A stretch of 47,953 nucleotides of DNA. Source: an uncultured bacterium (lineage in GTDB: Bacteria; Desulfobacterota; JADFVX01). Numbering within the stretch: position 1 is the stretch's first letter; every line of letters begins with the position of its first letter. Below the pieces are notes generated by a model. That model was not told the origin of the DNA. It saw only the letters and a list, made by a program, of their open reading frames with translations, and did not search any database. Positions 8,287-17,039 of the stretch are shown here, one piece after another. The position numbers were made by a program, and so were the translations under genes. The stretch lies in NCBI GenBank assembly GCA_965372635.1, contig CBDVDA010000003.1:1-47953 (forward strand). The letters are read 5' to 3'.

Positions 8287-8571
8287 TCATCCAATCCTGC
8301 TGCTCCGGTAGGCATTCAACTCCTTCTTTTCCCCAACGATCCACCCGGCGAGAATACCGATGAGAACGCAGGCGATAATATGGGTTATGGGCATAAAACT
8401 GAAGAAATCGGTAATGACGCCGATATAAAAATAGAAATAATCGAACACAGCGCCTGCGATCAAACCGATAATGCCACCCCATGTGAGATGCAACTTCACG
8501 TTTATAAAGGGGGTGAGTTCCCCCCTGATCAACTGGCCACATTGGCTGCATTTTTCCATATCATCACTCAT
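8287..8571 (-). CDS. Small membrane protein with N-terminal CxxC and two TM helices; may extend to 8245 by Sec read-through
   Basis: MSDDMEKCSQCG... start chosen because it lies downstream of the promoter at 8630-8659. Ends RSSRIG-TGA; read-through adds U-NTTCLFIDGFHLM. Confidence 0.65.
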   Translation of the reverse strand: MSDDMEKCSQCGQLIRGELTPFINVKLHLTWGGIIGLIAGAVFDYFYFYIGVITDFFSFMPITHIIACVLIGILAGWIVGEKKELNAYRSSRIG

Positions 8572-8629
8572 TGTCTTCCCGTAAAAAGGCAATCCTTTCC
8601 AACCGTTACATGCCCCCAAAGCCAAACAT

Positions 8630-8697
8630 ACTATACCATAGATTAATTTAATGAATCAAATAGCTTTTATATATGAATATTTATAGGCTTAATTAAT
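8630..8697 (-). promoter_or_regulatory. Sigma70 promoter plus two candidate LysR boxes
   Basis: TTGATT-18 nt-TATAGT with extended -10. ATAG-N7-ATAT (8660-8674) and ATAG-N7-TAAT (8683-8697), read on the + strand. Confidence 0.5.
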
Positions 8698-8730
8698 AGT
8701 GAGGCGGGAGAGGATACGAGTCAGCAAGCG

Positions 8731-8803
8731 CAGGATGGGTGAAGTAAAACGGAACCCATCAAATTAAGAGCCGATGGGTTGCACTCTGTTCCACCCATCC
8801 TAC
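8731..8803. repeat. REP-like inverted pair (GTAGGATGGGT...ACCCATC)
   Basis: CAGGATGGGTG...ACCCATC followed by GATGGGT...CACCCATCCTAC. Confidence 0.65.
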
Positions 8804-8848
8804 AGAAGTATAATGCCGGTAGTAAGAAAAAGTCCTACCCTTCACCCC

Positions 8849-10339
8849 TCACGCATGCGTCTCAATCTTCGTCGAAATCTTCAACCGCCTGCGGGTGAAC
8901 TGGGAAATGGTGTCGATAGCCATATTGAGGAGCGCCGTTACGAGGATGAGGACGATCGCCTTGTCCATCTTGTCGTCGGAGATGGCGCTGTCGATGTAGA
9001 AACCAAGGGTGTAGATGCCGAGGATTCCGAGAATGGCCGACTCGCGCATCAGTATCTCCCACCGGTAGAAGAGGAAGGCGAGGAACTGGCCGTAGACGCG
9101 GGGGAGTATCTCGAAGAGGTAGCGATCGGTGCGCTTTTTGGCCGCATCTATCCGGGCGGGGATGAGGTCGGCATTGTTGCTGGTGAGATAAGCGAGGGTC
9201 CCACTGTTCGGCAGCGCCAGGGCGAGGATGCCCGGCAGCATGGAGGGGCCGAGGAGTTGGACGAAGAGATAAGCGAGGATATATTCGGGCGTGGTCCTTA
9301 GCACGATGAGAATACCATGGGAAACCTTCCTCCCCGCCCATCCCGAAAAGTGGCGCGATGCCGGAGCGAAGGCGGCGAGCGCCAGCATGCCGGTGAGCAC
9401 CATGGCGATCTGCGTAACGATAATCGTGTTCCATGCCCCTTTTGCCCCGTCGTTCAATAAAATCTCGACAAACCAACGCCACGTCTCTAACCACTGGAAT
9501 GAGATGGCGTAGGTGCCGTCGAAAAAGCCTTCCCGCCGCATTGGCCAGGGGATGATCTCGTAGGTGAAAAAGCGGGTCATGTTTTCAACGGAAAAGGCGG
9601 TCTCCTTCGGCATGAGGCAGGCGGCGAGGAGGAGGGGAATGACGACCATCTTCGAACTGGCCCAGTATTTTTTGGTGGCGATGAGCAGGTAGAAGGCGTA
9701 GAGCAGGCCCGCCGCCTCGGAGTAGAACCCCCGCCTGAAAGCCGTCTCCAGATAAAACCCGATGGTGGGGAGGCCGATAAAACCGAGGACGGCGCTGGAA
9801 CGAAGCGCGCACTCGAGCCGGTAAGAGGTGTAGTTCCTTATGTCGGTGTAGATGACCGGCAGGATGCCGTAGAAAAAGCGGCTCATCATTGGCGCTCCCG
9901 CAGGAATGCCCCGTAGAGGCCGCTGGTCCGACTCCTGCCTGATCTCGGCGTAAACCTTGGCGTAGATACCCGCAAAGGGAACGGCGATGGCGAGGATGCC
10001 GCAAACCGGGTTCAGCCCCACCACGGGGAGAAAGATAAAGGCCCAGAAGATTTCGTGGATGGAGCGGATGAAGGCGCAAAACAACCGAACGGGGGCGAAC
10101 TCGAAAAAGAAGGCGAGGAGCGACCCGGCAAAGACCGCCAGGAATGTGCCGCAGAGCGAAAAAACAAGCGTATTTAATAGCGCCGTGTAGAGTATCTGCC
10201 AGGAGTGAATCTCTGGAGTAACAAGGCCGACGCCCACCTTGCCGAGTTCCTCCCAGGGGCTTAGCGTGGAAATCTCGATGTCGGCAAAGAGGATCGCCAG
10301 AACCGCGACGCCGACGAAGGTGAGGCTCGTCCTCAGCAT
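8849..10339 (-). CDS. ABC transporter permease, PhnE/PtxC type with two fused TM domains
   Basis: RSIHEIFWA, YRLECALRSSAVLGFIG and YRWEILMRESAILGILG motifs. Confidence 0.9.
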   Translation of the reverse strand: MLRTSLTFVGVAVLAILFADIEISTLSPWEELGKVGVGLVTPEIHSWQILYTALLNTLVFSLCGTFLAVFAGSLLAFFFEFAPVRLFCAFIRSIHEIFWAFIFLPVVGLNPVCGILAIAVPFAGIYAKVYAEIRQESDQRPLRGIPAGAPMMSRFFYGILPVIYTDIRNYTSYRLECALRSSAVLGFIGLPTIGFYLETAFRRGFYSEAAGLLYAFYLLIATKKYWASSKMVVIPLLLAACLMPKETAFSVENMTRFFTYEIIPWPMRREGFFDGTYAISFQWLETWRWFVEILLNDGAKGAWNTIIVTQIAMVLTGMLALAAFAPASRHFSGWAGRKVSHGILIVLRTTPEYILAYLFVQLLGPSMLPGILALALPNSGTLAYLTSNNADLIPARIDAAKKRTDRYLFEILPRVYGQFLAFLFYRWEILMRESAILGILGIYTLGFYIDSAISDDKMDKAIVLILVTALLNMAIDTISQFTRRRLKISTKIETHA

Positions 10340-11019
10340 GAGCGGTAAAGGTCGTCGATAAGGGCCGGGGTGACATCCCCGGCTGGAAGGTCGAAAGAGA
10401 TTTCACCCTCCCTGATGCCGATGATGCGCGAGGCGAATTGCAAGGCAAAATCTTTGGAGTGGAGCGAGGTGACAACCGTCTTCTCCGTCTCCATAATAAG
10501 CTTCAGAATCGCCTCCCCCTGGTGAATATCAACAGACGAGACCGGCTCGTCGGCAAAAACAATATCGCCTCCCCGGTAGATGGCGCGTCCCACGGCGACC
10601 CGCTGCTGCTGGCCGCCTGACAACCTCCCCACCTTTTCGAATATCTTCTCCGAAATGCCGAGGCGTTCCATGATGGGGGCGATGACCTCTTTCTCCTTCT
10701 TCTGCGGGACGAGGAGGTTTAGAAGGTTGTAGGCAGTAGAATTGCGGTCGAGCCTTCCGATGTAGATATTGTGAAAGGCGGTTAGCTGCTGAACAAGGGC
10801 GTACTGCTGGTGGATCAGGGCGGCGGTGTCCGCCTTCATTTCATAGAGTTTGTTGAGGAGCGTCGTCTTCCCCGCCCCGCTCGGCCCGATGAGAGCCACC
10901 TTTTCCCCCTTCGAAAGAGAGAAGTCGAGGTCGTTTAAAACGACCTTACTGCCATACCCGATGTTCGCGCCTTTCAGGTGTAGAATTGTCTCGCCTGAAA
11001 TTTTGGATTCTCCGTTCAT
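10333..11019 (-). CDS. ABC transporter ATP-binding protein (PhnC-like)
   Basis: Walker A GPSGAGKT, signature LSGGQQQRV, Walker B FADEP. Confidence 0.92.
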   Translation of the reverse strand: MNGESKISGETILHLKGANIGYGSKVVLNDLDFSLSKGEKVALIGPSGAGKTTLLNKLYEMKADTAALIHQQYALVQQLTAFHNIYIGRLDRNSTAYNLLNLLVPQKKEKEVIAPIMERLGISEKIFEKVGRLSGGQQQRVAVGRAIYRGGDIVFADEPVSSVDIHQGEAILKLIMETEKTVVTSLHSKDFALQFASRIIGIREGEISFDLPAGDVTPALIDDLYRSC

Positions 11020-11033
11020 TTAACCTCTCTCAA

Positions 11034-11072
11034 GAAAAAAAGCGGGCCATCCCTTTGGGGGAAGGCCGCTTT
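11034..11072 (-). terminator. Intra-operon hairpin/terminator after the binding-protein gene
   Basis: AAAAGCGGCC...GGCCCGCTTTTTTT on the minus strand. Confidence 0.55.
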
Positions 11073-11123
11073 TAAATTTTATACCCTGCGGTCGCATCCC
11101 GGTGCAGCCGGTTCTATCAAAAT

Positions 11124-11984
11124 CTACTTCCTGATAATACCTATTTCCCGTGCCGTATCAAGAACCGGCTTGAACATGTCGTTATTCGCCTCGATGAAGC
11201 TCTTCCTCGGGAAGGAAGCGAGAAGTTCCTTATCCTTCATGCCAATGAGGGCCTTCTTGACCTTATTGGCAAAGCCTTTACCGAAGGTCTTGTCCACGTC
11301 ACCACGTATGGACCAGTTGTAATCCGGGAAGGTGGGCGTCTGCCAGATCACCTGTACCTTTTTTGGGTCGATCCTGTCCTCCTTGTTCGCGGTCTCCCAC
11401 ACCCTGTAGTAGAGGGCCCCCACTTGATAGCTGCCCGACTGGACAAGGGCCAGCGTTTTATCGTGGTCGCCGCTGAAACCGACCCGCTTGAATGCCTCTT
11501 CCGGTCCTTTTCCGAGATGTTTGCGAATAAAGTATTCCGGCATCAACCTTCCCGCTGTAGAACCCTTGGAACCGAAGGTGAAGGTCTTTCCTGTTATCCC
11601 GGCGGGGAAATCGGAACTGTAAACGAGTCCTGTAGAGGTGTTGGCGATAATATAGGTCATAGACTTGGTATCGCTCTCCCCAAAAGCTATAGCCTTGGAG
11701 CCGGGAACGGCTATCCTTGCCTTGACTCCTGAAAGGCCTCCAAACCACGCCAGTTGCACCTCGTTATTTTTGAAGGCCGCAACGGACGCGCTGTACGATT
11801 TTACGGGGATATACTTTACCTTCACGCCCAATTCTTTCGTCAGGTAGGCAGCTACCTTGCCGAAACGCTCCTCCAACCTGGAATCATCCTGATCGGGGAT
11901 TGCCGTAAATACGAATTCCTTCGCCGAAAGGGGAGATGCCCCGAAAACAAGCATAAATGCCAAAAATAACCATAGTTTTTTCAT
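11124..11984 (-). CDS. PhnD-superfamily substrate-binding protein, putative selenate ABC transporter clade
   Basis: FVFTAIPDQD.SRL..RF.KVA.YL...LGV.V.YIPVKSY...V.AF.NN.VQLAWFGGLSGV.AR resembles, from recall, the SelD-associated putative selenate SBP family (TIGR04553). Signal peptide present. Confidence 0.8.
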   Translation of the reverse strand: MKKLWLFLAFMLVFGASPLSAKEFVFTAIPDQDDSRLEERFGKVAAYLTKELGVKVKYIPVKSYSASVAAFKNNEVQLAWFGGLSGVKARIAVPGSKAIAFGESDTKSMTYIIANTSTGLVYSSDFPAGITGKTFTFGSKGSTAGRLMPEYFIRKHLGKGPEEAFKRVGFSGDHDKTLALVQSGSYQVGALYYRVWETANKEDRIDPKKVQVIWQTPTFPDYNWSIRGDVDKTFGKGFANKVKKALIGMKDKELLASFPRKSFIEANNDMFKPVLDTAREIGIIRK

Positions 11985-12008
11985 AGCGTTCTCCTTTAGT
12001 TAATTAGT

Positions 12009-13052
12009 TTAGAATTTCACATTCAGGTTCATCTGGACACGCTCACGTTCGTCGGTGCATGCGTCTACAGGCAATATACCGGTTTTTGTCTCCGGCTCCA
12101 TGTCGTAGTAGCGGATGTCGAGCCCGACGTTGGAAGCAACTTTGATGTCCACCTGCGCGCGGATCCCCTTGAAGTTCGTCACGCCTGCACTTCCGGGATT
12201 CGGAAAATTGTCCTGGCTCCATGCGCCGTCGCCGGGTACGGAGTAGGCCTGAACGGTGTAGTGATAGAGGCGAAGGCCAATCTTGTCGGTCACTTGATAG
12301 CGTCCCTGCACGACAATGGCCGTGTCTTCGCTGTCGTTGGTTCCTACCCCTTCGGGATCGCCCTTCACATAATCGGCAGCTATCCGCCACTTTTCACCCT
12401 TCAACTGGGCGCTCACCGAGGTATGTTTATTGGAAGCATACGATGCGGCAGAGAGCTTTACCATACCGGCAGCAACTTTTAGTTTCATGTCGCCAACGGG
12501 CTGACTGTAGATTGCCTGGAAGGTGCCGTAAGAGGCGTCATCCTGATTGCCGGAAGGACCGTTTTCCCAGTTCGCTTCCGTTTCTATGAAATAACCGGCA
12601 TGGAGATCGACGGGACCGAGTTTGTAACCGAGCTGAGCGCCTTCATCCTGGGCATCTCCGTCGAAAACAACCTCCGACGCGGCCCAGTAATCGGTGGCCA
12701 CCTTACCGAACTTCCCGTTCACGGCATTGCGGTCATATTGGATGAAGGCCTGGTCGAGACCGAAGTTTTCGCTTCCTCCATTACCCATAGTCTGATGGGA
12801 CGAATTTGCACTGTTTGCACCCGTTGCAAGGCGTATCCTCATGCTCCAGTTGTCATCTACCGTATACCTTACGCCGAGGCGGGCACGGATGCGAGCACGG
12901 TCTCTCTCGCTGCCATTTTCGCGGTCATCCGTTTCAAGACGAAACCGCACATCGCCAAAGAGACTTAAGTTCTCACCCACCTCCACAGCGGCATTAGCCG
13001 AAGCCGAGGACAGAATAAAAACAAAAACAAATCCGGTTACAATTTTCTTCAC
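12009..13052 (-). CDS. Putative outer-membrane porin
   Basis: Signal peptide from GTG (VKKIVTGF...ANA), GDVRFRLE...RARIRARLG motif, C-terminal Phe (LNVKF). Start chosen downstream of the promoter. Confidence 0.85.
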   Translation of the reverse strand: MKKIVTGFVFVFILSSASANAAVEVGENLSLFGDVRFRLETDDRENGSERDRARIRARLGVRYTVDDNWSMRIRLATGANSANSSHQTMGNGGSENFGLDQAFIQYDRNAVNGKFGKVATDYWAASEVVFDGDAQDEGAQLGYKLGPVDLHAGYFIETEANWENGPSGNQDDASYGTFQAIYSQPVGDMKLKVAAGMVKLSAASYASNKHTSVSAQLKGEKWRIAADYVKGDPEGVGTNDSEDTAIVVQGRYQVTDKIGLRLYHYTVQAYSVPGDGAWSQDNFPNPGSAGVTNFKGIRAQVDIKVASNVGLDIRYYDMEPETKTGILPVDACTDERERVQMNLNVKF

Positions 13053-13085
13053 TTGATTTTTCCCTTCTGCATTTTTTAGCATCAA

Positions 13086-13159
13086 ATCGTACAGAAAACA
13101 GACCGGACCGTCAAATTGTTTATTTCAATATGCCTATCTTAATTATTGAGAATTACTAT
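13086..13159 (-). promoter_or_regulatory. Promoter of the porin-ABC operon with upstream LysR-type boxes
   Basis: TTGACG-17 nt-TACGAT (13114-13086). ATAG-N7-CAAT (13159-13145) and ATAG-N7-GAAA (13137-13123), 22 bp apart. Confidence 0.6.
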
Positions 13160-13244
13160 AGGTGGTTTTTTGATATTTAGCTTTGGAGGAAACAACTCTG
13201 ACTTTAAAAGGAGAGAGAAAACCAGCGGAGGGAGGAGAAAACCT

Positions 13245-14129
13245 TCAGTTCAGTTCGGAAGTTGCAAAGCCGATGAATGCCTCGCAGATGGGGCTTTTTG
13301 CAATGAGGCGGTGGGTGATAATGTTAATGTTTCTGGATATGGGGAGCCCGTCGAAATGAACACTCTTGACCGAGCCTTTGGCTAGTTCATCCTTCACCGA
13401 AAGCCCGGACAAAAGGGAAAGCCCCATCCCCTCCACTACGGCGCGCTTGATCGATTCCGTAGAGCCGAGTTCCGCCACGATGTTAAGTTCGTTCAAGTCT
13501 ATCTTATTTTTTTCAAACAGTTTTTCGAAAGCGGCCCTCGTGCCGGAGCCTCTCTCCCTCAGCAGAATGGGGGCATGTTTAAAGTCTTCCTCTAAAACAG
13601 TGTCGAGCCCAAAGGAGACAGGCGCAGCGAGGATGAGTTCATCCGTTCGGACCTTCCTGCTCTCAATGCGGCTATTGTTGGTCTCAGCGCCAATCAGCCC
13701 AACTTCGATTTTCCTCTCGGCCACCATCTGGACGATGTCGTTGGAATTCCCGATGTGCAGGTTCATCAGTACCTCGCTGAATTCCTCCCTGAACCTCTTT
13801 ATCAGTGGGGGGAGAAGATATTCGCCCGGCACGGTGCTTCCGCCGATTGAAAGTCCGCCCCTGAGGGTGCCGTCAAACTGGTCGAGCGCCTGCCGCGCCT
13901 CTTCCTTTATCCTTACAATATCCTTGGCATAGCGGTAGAGCAGTTCGCCCGCCTGGGTGGGGACGATATCCCTGCCGAGCCGATCAAATAGCTTTTTTTG
14001 CAGCACCTCTTCGAGGTTTTTCATATGCACGCTGATCGTCGGTTGCGACAGATAGAGGGCATGGGCAGCTTTGGAAAAGCTGCCGCATTCGTAGATTTTG
14101 CAGAATATTTCTAAATGGCGAAGTTCCAT
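13245..14129 (-). CDS. LysR-family regulator, CysL/selenium metabolism-associated type
   Basis: HTH SFSKAAHALYLSQPTIS; GGSTVPGEYLLP, RERGSGTR and ELGSTESIK motifs. Confidence 0.9.
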   Translation of the reverse strand: MELRHLEIFCKIYECGSFSKAAHALYLSQPTISVHMKNLEEVLQKKLFDRLGRDIVPTQAGELLYRYAKDIVRIKEEARQALDQFDGTLRGGLSIGGSTVPGEYLLPPLIKRFREEFSEVLMNLHIGNSNDIVQMVAERKIEVGLIGAETNNSRIESRKVRTDELILAAPVSFGLDTVLEEDFKHAPILLRERGSGTRAAFEKLFEKNKIDLNELNIVAELGSTESIKRAVVEGMGLSLLSGLSVKDELAKGSVKSVHFDGLPISRNINIITHRLIAKSPICEAFIGFATSELN

Positions 14130-14182
14130 TTCAGCCCATGAATTGTTTCATTAAAATGTTCGGAAAGAAAAGGTGAAGCCAG

Positions 14183-14347
14183 CTACCCGCAGCTTGCGCC
14201 GCCCTCATCCCCCTTCTTCAACGTAAGCGGTCTTCCGCAGCAGGTGGGTTTACACGAAGGGCATATGGTGTCGCATGCTTTTATCACCTGGAGTTCCACC
14301 CCGCAATTTTCACAGACAAGTACTTGTCCCACCTTGGCAGGTTCCAT
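14183..14347 (-). CDS. Small Cys-rich desulforedoxin-like protein (54 aa), absent from the ORF track
   Basis: MEPAKVGQVLVCENCGVELQVIKACDTICPSCKPTCCGRPLTLKKGDEGGASCG. RBS AAGGAGG; paralog of 6602-6742. Confidence 0.85.
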   Translation of the reverse strand: MEPAKVGQVLVCENCGVELQVIKACDTICPSCKPTCCGRPLTLKKGDEGGASCG

Positions 14348-14381
14348 AAATCGCCTCCTTTTTTCGATTTTATTTTTGATT

Positions 14382-14410
14382 ATTTAAGCACAGATAAGAA
14401 GTAATTTCAA
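14382..14410 (-). promoter_or_regulatory. Sigma70 promoter of Cys-rich peptide 2 and possibly LysR
   Basis: TTGAAA-TTACTTCTTATCTGTGC-TTAAAT versus TTGAAA-TTCTCTTCTTTCTGTGC-TTTAAT at 6798-6826. Confidence 0.65.
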
Positions 14411-14414
14411 ACTT

Positions 14415-16025
14415 TTACCCGTTAAGCTTCCTCACCAGCCACAACTCACCGAGACCGACCAACACGATGCCGAGGAGTGCAAAGAGCCAGGCATTCGCAG
14501 GTGTTGGCAATTCAAGAAGGAGATAATGCCACGATGAGAGACTCATGATAAGACCGTGCTCACCGTTGGAACCGTCCCAGGCATTCAGCGCCACCGGTAT
14601 AAATTTCCCCTCCTCGAACTGCACGTCAGTCCTGTCTGCCCTTTTAAGTGACCTCTTCATGACTACCCTGTAGGTCCCATTCTTCCAGAGGGCCGTTGAC
14701 TCAACCTGCTGCTGATCGGGAGCCTGCACTTTAAGAGGCTGTTTGTATCCACGGGCGTTTGACTCTTCAGCACCCCCCTCACCTCTTGCCGCCTTATCCG
14801 CCTTCCAGACCCAGAGATTGACCGGATTGCCTGCATCGCCCCGGAAGAAGTGCGGCTTTTTCGTCCCCTCCCCTATATTTACAGGGAACTGAAGCGCTAT
14901 GGAATCCCTGAAGTTGTCGAACCCTCTCGGCAATTGATCGTGTGCGGCAACATAGGAACCGGTTCCCGCTCCCCCACCCTCTTCATTGACAAACTCTTTC
15001 GACGGATCGTGGGTTATGTCTTCAAAAGGATCGTCCCAGTTGAGTAGAAAAGCGATCTCACTCTCATTATAAAGCGCCCGCACGGTAACGAGTTCGACAG
15101 ACGGACTTTGCCATCTCGGCGAGGCAATCACCTGCCCCGCCATTTTTACATCTACCGGTTCGGTATTTTGCCAGACCGTGGATGCAGGATTATCAGGCAA
15201 TAGACCTTCAATCTTCTTCGCTTTGATGACCGTCCCCTCTGAGGTCGTGATTTGCAGCGACTTGACGTAGTTTGCAAGCTGCCACCTCTCCTCGTCACTG
15301 AAGGTCTTTTCGAAGGAGGGCATGGGCGTACCGGAGATTCCCGTAGAGAAGCGCATATAGATATCCTCCACTTCGCTACCGCCCTTCAGCTTCCAGGCTT
15401 GAGTAATATTCCTGATGCGAACGGGGAACCCCCAGTCGTCTTTCTTAATCTCCCTCAAGCCGTCCCCCTTCCCTCCCTTGCCGTGGCATTCCCAGCATTT
15501 AGCCTTAAGAAAGAGGGATTCCCCTTTCTTAATTGAATCCTCACTATAAGGCGATCTTACCTTTGGAAAATTAATGACATGCCCTTTCGGATCGTATTCG
15601 GGGTTGGCGAATTCCGGGGCAAAGGTCTTGATATAATAGACGACCTGCCACCGCTCCTCATTTGTGAGGCCGTTATTTACAACCTTATCATCGAAACCCT
15701 GCATGGCCGTACCGGCAAGCCCCTGACTGACGGTCATGAAGAGGTCTTCATCGAGGGGGAGTTCCCCGCTCTTCGTGGTCCTGAATTTGAAGACGCCCAA
15801 GGTGAAATCACGCGGCCTCGGATCCATAAACTTCGCCGCCGGGCCGTTGCCGTCTCCCAGAAGTCCGTGGCAGAAGCTGCACCGTTTGAAATAGATGAGC
15901 CACCCCTTTTCCACGTTTGCAGGTGTCTCAGGGAGTTTTGGTCCCGCCGCTGAAAAACTCACGGCGACAACAAACAGGAACATGCCGGAGACAAAGGTGG
16001 GAATTATGGTTCTTAATTTAATCAT
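14415..16025 (-). CDS. Di-haem cytochrome c fused to an ethylbenzene-dehydrogenase-gamma-like (EB_dh) domain, with C-terminal TM
   Basis: CSFCH and CWECH. FRDSIALQFP...VNLWVWKAD...W.NG.Y.VVMKRSL...ALNAWDG motifs. Start MIKLR overlaps the upstream stop. Confidence 0.85.
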   Translation of the reverse strand: MIKLRTIIPTFVSGMFLFVVAVSFSAAGPKLPETPANVEKGWLIYFKRCSFCHGLLGDGNGPAAKFMDPRPRDFTLGVFKFRTTKSGELPLDEDLFMTVSQGLAGTAMQGFDDKVVNNGLTNEERWQVVYYIKTFAPEFANPEYDPKGHVINFPKVRSPYSEDSIKKGESLFLKAKCWECHGKGGKGDGLREIKKDDWGFPVRIRNITQAWKLKGGSEVEDIYMRFSTGISGTPMPSFEKTFSDEERWQLANYVKSLQITTSEGTVIKAKKIEGLLPDNPASTVWQNTEPVDVKMAGQVIASPRWQSPSVELVTVRALYNESEIAFLLNWDDPFEDITHDPSKEFVNEEGGGAGTGSYVAAHDQLPRGFDNFRDSIALQFPVNIGEGTKKPHFFRGDAGNPVNLWVWKADKAARGEGGAEESNARGYKQPLKVQAPDQQQVESTALWKNGTYRVVMKRSLKRADRTDVQFEEGKFIPVALNAWDGSNGEHGLIMSLSSWHYLLLELPTPANAWLFALLGIVLVGLGELWLVRKLNG

Positions 16026-16992
16026 TCGCTTCCGGCCTCCTCGGCGTTTTGCCAGCAAGGTCGTACTCAGCCATGATAATTTTCCACCGCTCCGCATCGG
16101 TGAGGCTGAGTTTCCATTCGGGCATGGCCGAATCCCAGGGAGTCGCCTCTTTAGGCAGACCGGGGCCACCACTCGCCACCCGCCAGAAGGCGTAACCCTC
16201 TACAATTGTCTCGATAGTGCCGCTGCCGCTAAAGTCCGTCGGCCTGAGGCTGAAAGCGCCCGCCATGGGGCCGTCGCCCGCCACGCTGCTGCCGTGGCAG
16301 GGGCGGCAGTTTATGGCATAGAGGGCGCGCCCCTCGTAGAGGTGTTTTTCCCGCAGGGCCGCCCTTGCCGTCTCACGGCTCACACTGCCCGATTCAAGTT
16401 CGGCAAGAAATCTCTTCCACGGTTTTGTTGGAATAAAGTAAAGGGAATGGCTATTCGGGTCGGCCCTGAACTTGCCCCAGACATCGATGTCCGATTGAAC
16501 CACCGGTATAAATTCAAGGCGGCCCGCCTTCGCCTGATCGATGAAGGCATCTATCTCTGCATCGGTCGGATTTTCAAAGGGATTTTTCATCGCCTCGAAT
16601 TCCTTCGGAAAATTGGAGGAAGGGTGCTGCATCCTGAGCGTTGGCGGCGCACTCACTTCCGGCCCGGCAAAACAGAAGAGTTGCCACCCGACGACGAGAG
16701 GGAGGGCTAAAAGTACGGCATTCTTCGAAAACGTACCATACTCCCCCATGAGGAGTTTTTTCAGGGGCAAAAGGAATTCGTCGAGCGTCTCATCGGAATG
16801 GGTGACATAGAGAAAAAGGGCGGCCACTGTAAGCGTCATGTAAAAGAGAAGGAGCGTCCCTGGCACGGGGAGCGGGAAAGGCATGCCCGTTATCTTTTGT
16901 GACGCAAAAGGGATGAGCCATTTGATTACGCCGTAGACAACGAGCAGGGTTGCCACGACGTTCCGAAAAAGTGTCGGTCTTTTCTGTTCCAT
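16018..16992 (-). CDS. Membrane-anchored mono-haem cytochrome c
   Basis: Three N-terminal TM segments; CRPCHG...SAMP.W. Confidence 0.85.
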   Translation of the reverse strand: MEQKRPTLFRNVVATLLVVYGVIKWLIPFASQKITGMPFPLPVPGTLLLFYMTLTVAALFLYVTHSDETLDEFLLPLKKLLMGEYGTFSKNAVLLALPLVVGWQLFCFAGPEVSAPPTLRMQHPSSNFPKEFEAMKNPFENPTDAEIDAFIDQAKAGRLEFIPVVQSDIDVWGKFRADPNSHSLYFIPTKPWKRFLAELESGSVSRETARAALREKHLYEGRALYAINCRPCHGSSVAGDGPMAGAFSLRPTDFSGSGTIETIVEGYAFWRVASGGPGLPKEATPWDSAMPEWKLSLTDAERWKIIMAEYDLAGKTPRRPEAND

Positions 16993-17039
16993 AAATATTC
17001 AACCTAAAATCAAATACTTTCCCACCTTGACTGATTGCT

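Noticed and set aside
8264-8551. 95-aa Arg/Tyr-rich minus-strand ORF
   Set aside because: Alternative frame of the membrane protein gene with implausible composition.
10333-10339. C-terminal Cys-TGA of the ABC ATPase as a CU motif
   Set aside because: Explained by overlap with the permease start (ATGCTGA); the ATPase is complete.
8849-11984. Labelling the transporter phnCDE (phosphonate uptake)
   Set aside because: No C-P lyase or ptxD genes nearby. Binding-protein motifs and context fit the selenium-linked clade better, although the substrate is unproven.
2300-14420. tRNA-Sec (selC) or selA/selB/selD within the island
   Set aside because: No tRNA cloverleaf or Sel protein motifs recognised by eye; a tRNAscan-SE or Secmarker run would be decisive.
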